NCBI GenBank assembly: GCA_002269645.1
Contig: NIVC01000621.1
Coordinates: 62,001 to 126,000 of the forward strand
Direction of reading: 5' to 3'
From: Macrostomum lignano
Lineage: Eukaryota
DNA length: 64,000 nucleotides
The notes under the pieces were generated by a model that worked only from the letters and a program-made list of their open reading frames with translations, made no database searches and had not been told where the DNA came from. Each line of letters opens with the position of its first letter. Positions within the stretch are counted from its first letter, which is position 1. Position numbers and translations under genes: made by a program. This document shows, in pieces, positions 1 through 12,613 of this stretch.

Positions 1-2965
1 CAATCGAGGACTGTACGCGAGCAGGTGGTGGTGCGCTCAAGGGCGTGGATCGCCGCTTGATTGTCCGAGTGGAGGGTAATTTCCTTCCCCCAGACGCGCT
101 GATTATACAGCTCCATGGCGCAGGAGCTAATGGCGAGAACTTCGTTCTGGAAGACGGTGGAGCAGGTGCCGGTGTGTTAGGAGAAGGTCGCCATAGTTCT
201 CCCTCCAGACACAATGCAGTAACCGTAGCCAGAGGCGGAGTTGATTTGGGACCCGTCAGTGAAGCAGTGGATTTGATGGGGTTTCCAGTTGTCTCTTGTT
301 TCATGACGTGGTGGAATGCTGGTTTTGAATTTGAGCGGGGGGCAGAGCGTGGACGGGATTCCGTCCGAGAGGGTCAGCAGGCCTCTCGCTGCTTCCAGGT
401 CTCGCAGGCTGAGGTTGCCATGCAGCCGGAGGTTCCGCTTTCTGAAGGCGAACTGCTTCTGGATTTGGACACCCGCGTCAAGCAGACGACGGGTGGTTTT
501 CATTGCCTCCCCTCTGACAAAGAGCTTAAGGTTGGGAATGTCCAGGAAGGAGTTCATGCCGGCGAAGGGCGTAGAGGGAGCCGCGCTCATGATAGCTCGA
601 CAAGCGCGGCCTTGCACCCTATTTAGAACCTCAAGAACCCCTTTCACCTCTAGGGCACTGTTCCAAATGAAGCCGGCGAAGGAGATGGCCGGTCTAACAA
701 TGGCAGTGTAAATCCACCAGAGGCGGCGGGGGGTGAGGCCCCAGGTAGCGCCGAAAGCTCTGTGGATCTGCGCGAGCGTCGCGAGAGCTTTGCGGGCTTT
801 GGTTTGGATTTGCGGGGTCCAGCTCAACCTGTGGTCGAGGGTGACGCCCAGACATCTGGTTTTTTCTCCATGGCAACAGGTTTGCCATAGAGGGAGAGCG
901 GTTCGATCCTCCAGTTTCGCCGGCTGGTGAACATAATAGCCACGGTTTTAGACTCAGAGAACCTGAGACTGCAGCTATGTGCCCAGCGCTCGGCACGGTG
1001 GATGAAGGCTTGAAGGAGGTCCCTGAGGACCGCGGGTGATGGTCCAGCCACAGTGGCGGTAACATCGTCCGCATAGCCGATCTTCTGAACAGGGTCCGGA
1101 TGCGGGCTGCAGAGCAGCTCGTCCATGACTAAATTCCAGAAAATCGAGCTGAGGACTCCACCTTGCGGTTTGCCTTTCTGGACTTCCACGGAGCGTAAGT
1201 GTCCCAGGAGGTGCGAGGTGGCAATACGATAAGAGACCATGTACATGATACAGCGGGTGAGGTGCTCGTGCGTGCCCCGGGATTCCAGGGCCCGCTTAAA
1301 GGCTTCAAAGAGCACATTATTGAAAGCACCATTAATGTCGAGGAAAAGCGACAGCGCGTATCCACTGCCAAGCACGGCGCGCTCCAGCTTGTCGACAAAG
1401 GCGTGCAGCGCACTTTCGATGGAACGTCCAGGACGAAAGGCGTGCTGATTAGGCGTGGTTCTCTACGAGGAGAAGGCGCCAGAGCACCAGCCGTTCCATC
1501 AGTTTGAGGAAAAAAGACGTCAGACTGATAGGGCGATAAGCTTTGGCAGAGTGGTAGTCTCCCTTTCCTGGCTTGGGTATGAAGACAACCGTGGCCTCTT
1601 GCCAGGCTTTTTGGCACGTACCCGAGGGTAATGCTGGCCTTGAAGAGGTTGCAGAGGAGACCGAGAAATCTGTCATTTTTAACTGCCTCATGAAGAAAGG
1701 CAGGATAAATGTTGTCAGGTCCCGGAGACTTAAAAGGAGAGAAGGATTTCGCGGCGCGAGCCGTCCTTCTTCTAGTAATGATTGTCGAAGCCAGGATCTG
1801 TCCGCCCGGAGAGTGGTCCGGTGGGCCTAGCTGCGAGCGGCACGTGCGAAAGAGCTGGTGAGCATAATGTCCAGCGATTCCCCAGGGTTCTCAGCGAGCC
1901 GGCCGTCCGGTCTTTTAATAACTGAGAGCTTTGGCATTTTGTCGAGGATGAGAGCCTTAACCACGTGAGAAGTAGGGCGGGTGCCTTCTAACTCCGCACA
2001 GTATTGGCGCCATTTGTCGGACTTGGCTTTCCTGGTTTCACGCTTAAAGTCGCGGATCGCTTGATGATAGGCGGCCAGGTCAGCTGGGTCCTTGCTCTTG
2101 CGAGCTTTCCGTTGGAGGCACTTTGCCTTGCGCCGGAGGGATCCAAGCGCCGGGTGCCACCAGGGGGGGGGGGTGGATTTTTTGCCTTTGTAGGCTTTAA
2201 GAGAACAGGAGGCCTCATGGGCTGTCAGGACGGTCTTGCTGAGCAAGTCTGCAAGGTCATCCACTTTCTGACAGGTGGTTGGAGCGGCGGTGGTCAGCTG
2301 ATCTGTCTGGCATTTCAGGGTTTCCGTAAAAGCCGTCCAGTCAGTGTTCCGGACGTTCCTTTTCCACAAAATATGAAGCTTGGGGCAAGAGGATTGCAAC
2401 CGAAAACGAACGAAGCGATGGTCAGACAGAGACTCCTCTTCGTCCCACACCTCCCAGTCCTTGACTAAAGGAGCTAAGCCATGGGAGACGAGGGTAACGT
2501 CGAGGGCCTCCGTCAATCGCCCGTTGTCAAAGGTGGGAGTTACACCAATGTTGCAAAACTCAATGTTGGTGGTGCAGATGTAAGCAAGGAGTTCCTCGCC
2601 TCTGCTGTAGGAAGTATTACTGCCCCAGTGAGTGTGGTGAGCGTTGACGTCACCCGCCACCAGCAGCTCGAACCTACGGTTAGAGCAGTAGTCCACGAGG
2701 GAGGTGAGGTTGGGTGGGACCGCGGGGCCATCGTCGGGGATGTAGATAGAGCCAGGCAATGATGACCGTGCGGTTGGTGATAATGTGGTTGGACTGAATG
2801 ACACAGAGGTCTCTGTCAGAGAGGTCCAGTCTGTGCCAAGCTTTGAGATGGTTAGACACGAATATGGCTGCTCTGGGGTTTTGAGGGTCCTTAAAACAGT
2901 CAAAACCAGCAGGAATATTCAAAATCTTACCTTTCTTAGTCCAGGGCTCCTGGAGTAGGATAATG
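1..2965 (-). pseudogene. LINE ORF2 (endonuclease-RT-RNase H), broken by several frameshifts and stops
   Basis: EN: LLQEPWT, GDVNAHHTHWGS, LDVTLVS, SDHRFVRF. RT: KSPGPD, YRPISLTS, QHAFRPGRS, FLDINGAF, PQGGVLS, YADD. RNase H: FTDGS, TVFQNEVLAI, SDNQAAIHAL. These motifs are spread over different frames. Confidence 0.92.
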
Positions 2966-3112
2966 CCTTGGATTGGCCTTGGCGGTGTCCGGCAGCTGTT
3001 TCGCGCGCTGGGTCAGACCAGAACGGATAGTGTTCCGGGCGGGTTTCCGGCCCTTTCCACGTCCGCCTGTTGCTGCAGCTTTCGCGGCTTTTCCTCTGAC
3101 GGGGTCCACGTC

Positions 3113-4254
3113 CTAGGAGGGGTCGTGACGACCGGGAGCTTCTTTTCCTGGGCGTTTCCGCCCGGCAGAGCCCCCGCTCGCCCGCTTACGCTTCTCCAGG
3201 GGCGGTGGATGGGTGGCGTCAGACTCAAAACTATAGAGCTGAATCTGCAACAGCCCGACAGAGATGATGGACATGTCCAGATAGCGGAGCATCCAGCTAT
3301 CCGACAGTCCAAGAATAGCCACGAAACCATCTCCGCCCGGCTTGGAGATGGTCTCGTGAACTACGACACCGTTTGCTGGTAGCTCCGGGTTGGAAGCCAC
3401 TAGCAGGTGACGCAGCTCGTCGGCCTTGGTGATGCAGCTGCGAGCCGGGATCCAGGCACGGTGCCGGTGTGTCCGGGGTCGCTCGTCCTCCCTGTAGATG
3501 AACAGGTTTTCCAGCTCGATACCCCAGTCGATGGTTTTCAACAGCTCGAGGAGCTGCTGTCCTGACTGGCTGTCGGCGGGCTGGATATAGAGGGCTTGGT
3601 CCTCGACTTTCGTCTTTTGGACTGGAATGGCGGTACCGCTCAAGGCCATCTTAACCAGGTGGGAGTCCAACCTGCGCCAGATAAGGTCGAGCTGTTCGGC
3701 CGTAAGGGGCGTCTCCTGGCCTTGGATAACCAGGGCCGGCTGCCTCTTTGCCATAGCCGCGTAGGTTCGCTTCTGCTTTGTGGTTTGGCCAGCGCCCCCC
3801 GCTTTGGATCCCTCCACAGCCGTGGGAGCTTCCACACGGGCAGAGGTCCCGTCACAGGAGGGGCCAGCCGCACCAGGAGCTTCGGCGGCACCTGACGCTT
3901 CTGACCGGCGCGTGGGGTCCACCCCCTTGTCGGATGTCGGCTCCTCCGCTGAATTCGCAGAGTTACCGGCACTCTCCTTAGAGGTGGCCGGAGGGGCGGC
4001 TTTCGCACTCCTCCGTTCCTCCGCTTTGCGCTGGAGGAAGGCTTTGTAGCGAGCAATGCTACGGGCCTTCTTTTTAGAGGTCTGAAGTCCGCTGTCCTGT
4101 TGTCCAGCCACTCCGGTATTGTCCTGAGCGGCGGAAGGGCTGACTGAGAAGCACCGGAGGTTCCGGTGCTGCGAATGTCCGGCTGGGCCGCGGTACCAAC
4201 CTCGGTTGGTGCTCCAGCAGCCTCGGACGTGTTGGATGTAAATGAATACTCCAT
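3113..4254 (-). pseudogene. LINE ORF1 with a DUF4780-like C-terminal domain
   Basis: RAWIP...LLVASNPELPANGVVVHE...FVAILGL resembles the DUF4780 domain of LOA-type ORF1s (from recall). The ATG at 4254 is in a different frame from the main ORF, implying a frameshift. Confidence 0.65.
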
Positions 4255-4960
4255 GAGTTGCTGAAAGGCGAATGGGGACTAGAGGTGAGAAGCTGGTGGG
4301 CCGTAACCCCAAACCCAACAGCCAGGCCAAGAGGTAGCGACCGGGGGGTGGCTTAAGCCCTTACCGGCCCGACCGCTAGCAACCGAGAACCTCCCCGTCT
4401 AAGAGCCCGGCTTGGAAAAACCAGAGGCCGAACCAAAGGACCATCAGTACGGTACTACACTGGGCCCTTGAGGGAAGCAGGAGGACTGCCTCCGGAGCCT
4501 GCGGACTGGCCGCATACCCTGTTAATGTCAGAGGGTGATACCTGTTCCTCAGAGCCGTGGCCAGAGGTACCTGATACGCACAGGTTCACTTCCGGGCGGA
4601 GCCCGTACCCAACTTGGCCAACAGGCCACGGATGGGTAACCGCTGCCGGAGCCCAGTCAGTCCAGCAGCCCTAGAGCTGCCTTGAACACATGCGGGGCGT
4701 GAACCCCTGGGTCGGCTTGCGAGTCAGCTTGGAGAGAGTTCTCCTGCCATTCCTGCACCGGAATAAAGGGGGTGCAGGTGTGTAGGATCGCAGACCTTAG
4801 CTCGTAAGCCTGGTCTGGTTCATGCTACACAGGCGTGCTGAACTCACCTTGCATGCTGAATAATACTTTACACTGACTCCAACTTTACACTTCGGAGGAG
4901 TTGACGCTTCGGATTTGATTCTAGCTTTAATTTGCTCGATCGTTGACTCTACGACCAACC

Positions 4961-7900
4961 GAGTAATTTATCTTCGATTCTTTGGCCATCTGAGTGATTT
5001 ATCTTCGATTCTTTGGCCATCTGAGTGATTTATCTTCGATTCTTTGGCCATCTGAGTGATTTATCTTCGATTCTATGGCCATCTGAGTGATTTATCTTCG
5101 ATTCTATGGCCATCTGAGTGATTTATCTTCGATTCTTTGGCCATCTGAGTGATTTATCTTCGATTCTTTGGCCATCTGAGTGATTTATCTTCGATTCTAT
5201 GGCTACCCGAGTGATTTATCTTCGATTCTTTGGCTATCTGAGTGATTTATCTTCGATTCTTTGGCTATCTGAGTGATTTATCTTCGATTCTTTGGCCATC
5301 TGAGTGATTTATCTTCGATTCTATGGCCATCTGAGTGATTTATCTTCGATTCTTTGGCTATCTGAGTGATTTATCTTCGATTCTATGGCCATCTGAGTGA
5401 TTTATCTTCGATTCTTTGGCCATCTGAGTGATTTATATTCGATTCTTTGGCTATCTGAGTGATTTATCTTCGATTCTTTGGCTATCTGAGTGATTTATCT
5501 TCGATTCTATGGCTACCCGAGTGATTTATCTTCGATTCTATGGCTACCCGAGTGATTTATCTTCGATTCTTTGGCTATCTGAGTGATTTATCTTCGATTC
5601 TATGGCCATCTGAGTGATTTATCTTCGATTCTTTGGCTATCTGAGTGATTTATCTTCGATTCTTTGGCCATCTGAGTGATTTATCTTCGATTCTTTGGCC
5701 ATCTGAGTGATTTATCTTCGATTCTTTGGCCATCTGAGTGATTTATATTCGATTCTTTGGCCATCTGAGTGATTTATATTCGATTCTTTGGCCATCTGAG
5801 TGATTTATATTCGATTCTTTAGCCATCTGAGTGATTTATCTTCGATTCTATGGCTACCCGAGTGATTTATCTTCGATTCTATGGCTACCCGAGTGATTTA
5901 TCTTCGATTCTATGGCTACCCGAGTGATTTATCTTCGATTCTATGGCTACCCGAGTGATTTATCTTCGATTCTATGGCTACCCGAGTGATTTATCTTCGA
6001 TTCTATGGCTACCCGAGTGATTTATCTTCGATTCTATGGCTACCCGAGTGATTTATCTTCGATTCTATGGCTACCCGAGTGATTTATCTTCGATTCTATG
6101 GCTACCCGAGTGATTTATCTTCGATTCTATGGCTACCCGAGTGATTTATCTTCGATTCTATGGCTACCCGAGTGATTTATCTTCGATTCTATGGCTACCC
6201 GAGTGATTTATCTTCGATTCTATGGCTACCCGAGTGATTTATCTTCGATTCTATGGCTACCCGAGTGATTTATCTCCGATTCTATGGCTGCCTGAGTGAT
6301 TTATCTTCGATTCTATGGCTATCTGAGTGATTTATCTTCGATTCTATGGCTACCTGAGTGATTTATCTTCGATTCTATGGCTACCCGAGTGATTTATCTT
6401 CGATTCTTTGGCTACCCGAGTGATTTATCTTCGATTCTATGGCTACCCGAGTGATTTATCTTCGATTCTATGGCTACCCGAGTGATTTATCTTCGATTCT
6501 ATGGCAATCCGAGTGATTTATCTTCGATTCTATGGCTACCCGAGTGATTTATCTTCGATTCTATGGCTACCCGAGTGATTTATCTTCGATTCTATGGCTA
6601 CCCGAGTGATTTATCTTCGATTCTATGGCTACCCGAGTGATTTATCTTCGATTCTATGGCTACCCGAGTGATGTATCTTCGATTCTATGGCTACCCGAGT
6701 GATGTATCTTCGATTCCATGGCAATCCGAGTGATGTATCTTCGATTCCATGGCAATCCGAGTGATTTATCTTCGATTCTATGGCTACCCGAGTGATTTAT
6801 CTTCGATTCTATGGCTACCCGAGTGATGTATCTTCGATTCCATGGCAATCCGAGTGATTTATCTTCGATTCTATGGCTACCCGAGTGATTTATCTTCGAT
6901 TCTATGGCTACCCGAGTGATGTATCTTCGATTCCATGGCAATCCGAGTGATTTATCTTCGATTCCATGGCTACCCGAGTGATTTATCTTCGATTCTATGG
7001 CTACCCGAGTGATTTATCTTCGATTCTATGGCCATCTGAGTGATTTATCTTCGATTCTATGGCTACCCGAGTGATTTATCTTCGATTCTATGGCTACCCG
7101 AGTGATGTATCTTCGATTCCATGGCAATCCGAGTGATGTATCTTCGATTCCATGGCAATCCGAGTGATTTATCTTCGATTCTATGGCTACCCGAGTGATT
7201 TATCTTCGATTCTATGGCTACCCGAGTGATTTATCTTCGATTCTATGGCCATCTGAGTGATTTATCTTCGATTCTATGGCTACCCGAGTGATTTATCTTC
7301 GATTCTATGGCTACCCGAGTGATGTATCTTCGATTCCATGGCAATCCGAGTGATTTATCTTCGATTCTATGGCTACCCGAGTGATTTATCTTCGATTCTA
7401 TGGCTACCCGAGTGATGTATCTTCGATTCCATGGCAATCCGAGTGATTTATCTTCGATTCTATGGCTACCCGAGTGATTTATCTTCGATTCTATGGCTAC
7501 CCGAGTGATGTATCTTCGATTCTATGGCTACCCGAGTGATGTATCTTCGATTCCATGGCTACCCGAGTGATGTATCTTCGATTCTATGGCTACCCGAGTG
7601 ATTTATCTTCGATTCTATGGCTACCCGAGTGATGTATCTTCGATTCCATGGCAATCCGAGTGATTTATCTTCGATTCTATGGCTACCCGAGTGATTTATC
7701 TTCGATTCTATGGCTACCCGAGTGATGTATCTTCGATTCCATGGCCATCTGAGTGATTTATCTTCGATTCTATGGCTACCCGAGTGATGTATCTTCGATT
7801 CCATGGCAATCCGAGTGATGTATCTTCGATTCTATGGCTACCCGAGTGATTTATCTTCGATTCTATGGCTACCCGAGTGATGTATCTTCGATTCCATGGC

Positions 7901-8074
7901 AATCCGAGTGATTTATCTTCGATTCTATGGCTACCCGAGTGATGTATCTTCGATTCCATGGCTACCCGAGTGATTTATCTTCGATTCTATGGCTGCCTGA
8001 GTGATTTATCTTCGATTCTATGGCTGCCTGAGTGATTTATCTTCGATTCTATGGCTACCCGAGTGATGTATCTT
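4961..8074. repeat. 31-bp tandem satellite, about 100 units (GAGTGATTTATCTTCGATTCTATGGCTACCC and variants)
   Basis: Direct reading of the unit; the 31-aa periodicity of the spurious ORFs equals 3 x 31 bp. Confidence 0.97.
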
Positions 8075-8602
8075 TTCAGTTGGCTGTTCAGTTTATTATT
8101 TTCTAATAGTGTTGCTAATCAACTTAAATGGGTCTGAATCAAATGCAAATTGATTTGATCAATTTTTAACTCATCAATCACCTTGGTGGACGCCCCTGTT
8201 TATTGGTGACCACTGCCTCTTGGTGACCCTTGGTGGCCCCGTCTCTTGGTGACCCCTGTCTCTTGGTAGGCGTCCCTGTTTCTTGGTGGCACCGGCCTAT
8301 CTCATGGCCCGGTTCACGTTCAAGAGAAGGCGACAGTTCCCGAAATTCGTCGAGTTTCGTCACATTTAACACTTAGCTTCTGAAGGAAAATTAAACGGCT
8401 AAACTTATACTTACCACATGCATTTATCACCACGCACCCTGTATTTTTACTTGTAATCATGAAATTCTCAGTTCTCAGTCCTCAATTCTCAAACTAAAGT
8501 GCGTAGACAGTACGAGCTAAGAAACAAAAAGATTTACTGATATTGTCTTTACAATTTACTAAGAATAGAATACACGGTTTGGACCAAAATTTCAAACATA
8601 AG

Positions 8603-11600
8603 GATCCACCAAGAATCAAACTGGACAACACTAACAAATTTGATCGTCAATGGCGGTCAGCTAACGATTGGATCATGAAGAAGCACGTAGAGCTGATGGA
8701 TTTGGACGCTGACCGGGGACCGAATTCGGAGAAGGCCCGAAGGCTTCGGGTTTGTATCTTTATACGAGTAGAAATTGATTGTACGACCTTCTGGGTAATT
8801 TATCTTTGATTTTATGATCATCTGAGTGATTATCTGAGCTTCTTTAGCCATCTGACTGGTTTATCTGTGATTCTATGGCCATCTGACGGGGCCGTAGCCC
8901 AGTGGTCTAGCGCGGCGCTCTGGTGTGCCAACGGCCCAGGCTCGATTCCAAGTGCAGTCACATTAATTTGGGGCTGAATTGGAATCTCGGCTTGGCTCTG
9001 CTCGTGCAATTAACGGCCTTGAGGGCCAACCCCCAAGGCACAGTGAAGTGTACATGCCTAACGATAAAATAAAGTTAGGGCCGCTGTACACTCCTGTGAG
9101 TGTGTGCCTGTGCGTATGACTGCGTACGTATCCGCGCGCTTGTGTGCCTGCTCAGGGGAGTCGGCGGAATGGGCAGTAATGCCTCTCGCCGGTTGTGTGT
9201 CTATGTTGCTTAAAGTTCTCCAGGGTTAACACAGCCCCTGCCTCTAATAAAAAAATAATAATGGCCATCTGACTGATTTATCTGTAATTTTATGGTCATC
9301 TGAGTGATTATCTGAGCTTCCTTGGCCATCTGAATGGTTTATCTGTGATTCTTTGGCCATCTGGCTGATTAATCTGTGATTCTTTGGCCATCTGGCTGAT
9401 TAATCTGTGATTCTATGGCCATCTGGCTGATTAATCTGTGATTCTTTGGCCATCTGGCTGATTAATCTGTGATTCTATGGCCATCTGGCTGATTAATCTG
9501 TGATTCTATGGCCATCTGGCTGATTAATCTGTGATTCTATGGCCATCTGGCTGATTTATCTGTGATTCTATGGCCATCTGGCTGATTTATCTGTGATTCT
9601 ATGGCTTATCTGAGTATAAGTATCTTCGATTCGACAATGTGTTCCTATATTGTTAACCACTACTTACTAATCAACCTAGTATTCATGCTCTGTGAAATTA
9701 ATAAATATATCGTTTTGACCGAAGTTACACCGGCGACAATCGAAGCGTGCATCAATCAGGGTTAATTGGTAGACCCCAAAAAACTCATCCAAAAACGATA
9801 CAACTGAATGATTTCAATTGGTTTCAGAATTATCATATGAACTATTTATGATCGTATGAGCTTTCCCCTTGATTCAATTAAATTAGAGTGATTTCCATTT
9901 CTTCAATGACCATTCAGAATCTAGATGATCTCCGATGATTCCATGAGCATCTGGCTTATTCTTTCTGAAATTGATACACTGATAAACTGTTTTTCTAAAG
10001 GCTCTTTAAAATACTTCCTTCAAGGCCATCGAAGACACACTACACGAAGGCGAAGATCTACTGTCAGCGGCTACTGTAACGGCCGAGCAAATGATGCAGC
10101 GAACCATCTGTCCATTTCGAGTTGGTCCTCAACATCTCCAGCTTGTCCAGTCCTGGTCCATGCTGATCAGCTTGTTTGAGCGACTGCAGAGGGAAGTCTG
10201 CGCAGCTGATAGCGGCCAGGACGGAAGGAGGCACCGAGACGGCGAAGTAAGTGCTGTTTCTTATTCAACTTTGGTTTTGGAGAGCAGAAGATAGCGACTG
10301 AATATCTGGAAGGTTTGAAGAGGGTAGCGGGCTCACTACCTGGAGTCTGGAGAGGGAAACGGCACGTACTGTAGTTCTGTTACCTACTGTAGGTTATGAA
10401 GTTAAAACAAGCATTCAGTTTCTCACTTACAAAATGGGAACGACTTATCCCATTAAAAACTTATCAAATCATCATTCAAAATGGGAACGACACTGCGATC
10501 AGAATCAGATTGACTCGTCTGGCTTTGGTGGTCGGCAGTTCCGCGGAGGATGGCAAAGCGAGACCGACTTGCGAGATGGATCGAACGGCAGAGACGATTG
10601 GGGCGAGAGCGGCAGAAGGCGTGAAAGGCAACGCCGCGAAGCGAGGAGAGATGTGAGTCGTCAAAACTGCATTTTTCAGACTATGTAAAATAATTGTACG
10701 AGCCATAAACACGCTTTTAGAACAGCCGCGAAAGACGAAGTCCTTGCAGAGATCAAAGTCGTGAATTTTCCAACAGCCAGCATGATCTGAGAAGCTGGGC
10801 GGACACCGAAAACAAAGGCAGCGATGGGAATCGGAGAAAATACCATGGACGCCGAGGACACTATAAAGAGCAGGTGAGTCTGATCTTGTCTAGGATATTT
10901 CAAAACACTTATTTTAACAGCTCAGACATCCATCCGATATAGACGAACGTATTCCACGAGAAGCACACCCAGTCCTCCATATGCGAGACGCATTCAATCT
11001 TCAATGGGACACATTCCGGCTTCCATGAGACACGCTAGATCTTCGAAGGGACGATCTAAAATTCCGTTTTCTAGACTGCGACCAGACGATTATTACAGTA
11101 GGACTGTTTAATCTAGGTTCGACACAGGACCACCACCCTAATCTCATCTGCAGCAGAAAGTTCGGCATTTCAACTGCGGCCACTGGGAGAAGCTGGATCG
11201 TGAAGCCTCATCTCGGCTAGTCAGCAACGAGTTCTGCTCCAAATGCTGGCCGCTCACCGCCCAGATGCAGCGGAACGGCCTGTTTAGTCGACCGAGAGAC
11301 GATGATCAGGTCAAGCGAACAATGCTGTCGGACACTGACCCTGAAACCTCACTGGAGTACATTCAGGTGCTGGACAGGGTGACCAGATACGTCAAGCCGG
11401 AGCACAGCATCCGAGTGAGAATTCGAAGCATCGAGAAGATCGAAAACCCGGTGTTGGACAGGCGGGTCTATCACGTGTACGACCAGCTGATTAAGAAAAA
11501 CAGCGAGCCACTTCTGCTCATCCACGGCACGACTGGAAACGCAGCCGAGAAGATCATCCAGGAAGGCTTTCAGGTATCTAAAGTTAGCACCTACTGCTAG

Positions 11601-12314
11601 CTCGTAATATACAGTGTATGTCAGAACTGCGGTGCCCTGGGCAGGGTGCTGATTACGAGCTATCATTCTCCATCATTATTCATTAAAACTGTTTGATTAC
11701 AGCCGCCACATCAGAAATTTTGCCTCGTTAGAGAAGTTAGTTATATTATCATTGTATCCAGCTATGACAGTAGTTATTGTACATTCTCCGGCTTTTATTC
11801 AATTAAGTTACATCCAGGTACCAAGGACTTCTCAAGTACTACTTAAGATGTTCTTGCCAGGTACAACTAAAACTTTGGTTATTTATGATCTTTGGTTACA
11901 TAGTAAAAATCTGTCAGTGTATATGCAGTGTGCTAAATGCTATAATTTCCGACAATTCGAATCTACATGTATTTTCAAATGGCAATCTCTAAACCGCTGT
12001 ACACAATTAAGGTTGGCAACAGAGGCATGTACGGAGCAGGGATCTACTTCGCTACGGACACTAGCAAGAGTGCACAGTACGCTAGAGACAGCGGCGTCAA
12101 GACCCTGCTCCTGTGCAACGTTGTGCTCGGCAAGTACATGGTGTGCGACGCGCCCAGGAAGGACCTGAACTTGCAGACTGTTGTTGCCGCCGGTTTTGAC
12201 TCGGTGTTCGCCAAACGGAACTCGAGGAGAACCGGCGGCGTGTTAAACGACGAGTACATTGTGTACCGGCCTGATCAGGTGACTCCCAGGTATCTGGTGA
12301 AGTTTGAAGTCTGA
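8603..12314 (+). CDS. Spectrin-like repeat + linker + PARP-type ART, copy 1; no leader exon found
   Basis: Phase-0 GT-AG exons 8603-8749, 10025-10246, (10419, 10503 or 10509)-10652, 10721-10873, 11154-11573 and 12012-12314 are all open. Motifs IHGT, GMYGAGIYFA, KSAQY, LNDEYIVY. Confidence 0.8.
8796..9612. repeat. 31-bp minisatellite (GGCCATCTGGCTGATTAATCTGTGATTCTAT), same family as the 5-8 kb satellite, interrupted by a SINE
   Basis: Tandem units read directly; located in the intron after exon 8603-8749. Confidence 0.9.
8888..9260 (+). mobile_element. tRNA-derived SINE
   Basis: A box TAGCCCAGTGG, B box-like GGCTCGATTCC, A-rich tail, and a 13-bp TSD ATGGCCATCTGAC (8875-8887 and 9261-9273). 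Confidence 0.88.
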
Positions 12315-12613
12315 GCTGCGCTGTTTATGGGTAAACTCAAGCGAATATATACATAAATGTACACGCGCGAATACTATAACAAGCTAATATATAATATTAA
12401 CTCAGCATCACTGAAAACCGCCACCTTAGACCTCGAGCTATAGTTAAATAACGTTGCGTCATTTGCAGTGTCGTGAGATAGAGTCAATCGCTCTGACAGG
12501 TGGCGGTTTTCTATGTTGCTTAGTGTTTCTGTAGCCATTGAGTTTAACAGTTCGTTAGTGCAAAATTAAAATATGACTTTTATTTAAAGGAATCCAATTT
12601 ATTTTCAACAAAG

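Larger units (their letters stand above)
1..4860 (-). mobile_element. Non-LTR retrotransposon, LOA/Lian-like, apparently 5'-complete; 3' end lies off the window
   Basis: Order on the minus strand: ORF1, AP endonuclease, RT, RNase H. The sequence from 4861 (taatactttacactgactcc) resumes homology with the host block near 31090, which places the 5' junction. Confidence 0.88.

Noticed and set aside
45-4049. + strand ORFs overlapping the LINE
   Set aside because: Antisense shadows of GC-rich coding sequence with no motifs.
6660-7959. Repetitive ORFs in the satellite; CRISPR-like appearance
   Set aside because: Contiguous tandem 31-mers with no unique spacers and no cas genes; the ORFs are periodicity artefacts.
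8888-8960. tRNA gene (also 37861 and 56000)
   Set aside because: A and B boxes only, no complete cloverleaf; SINE heads or fragments.
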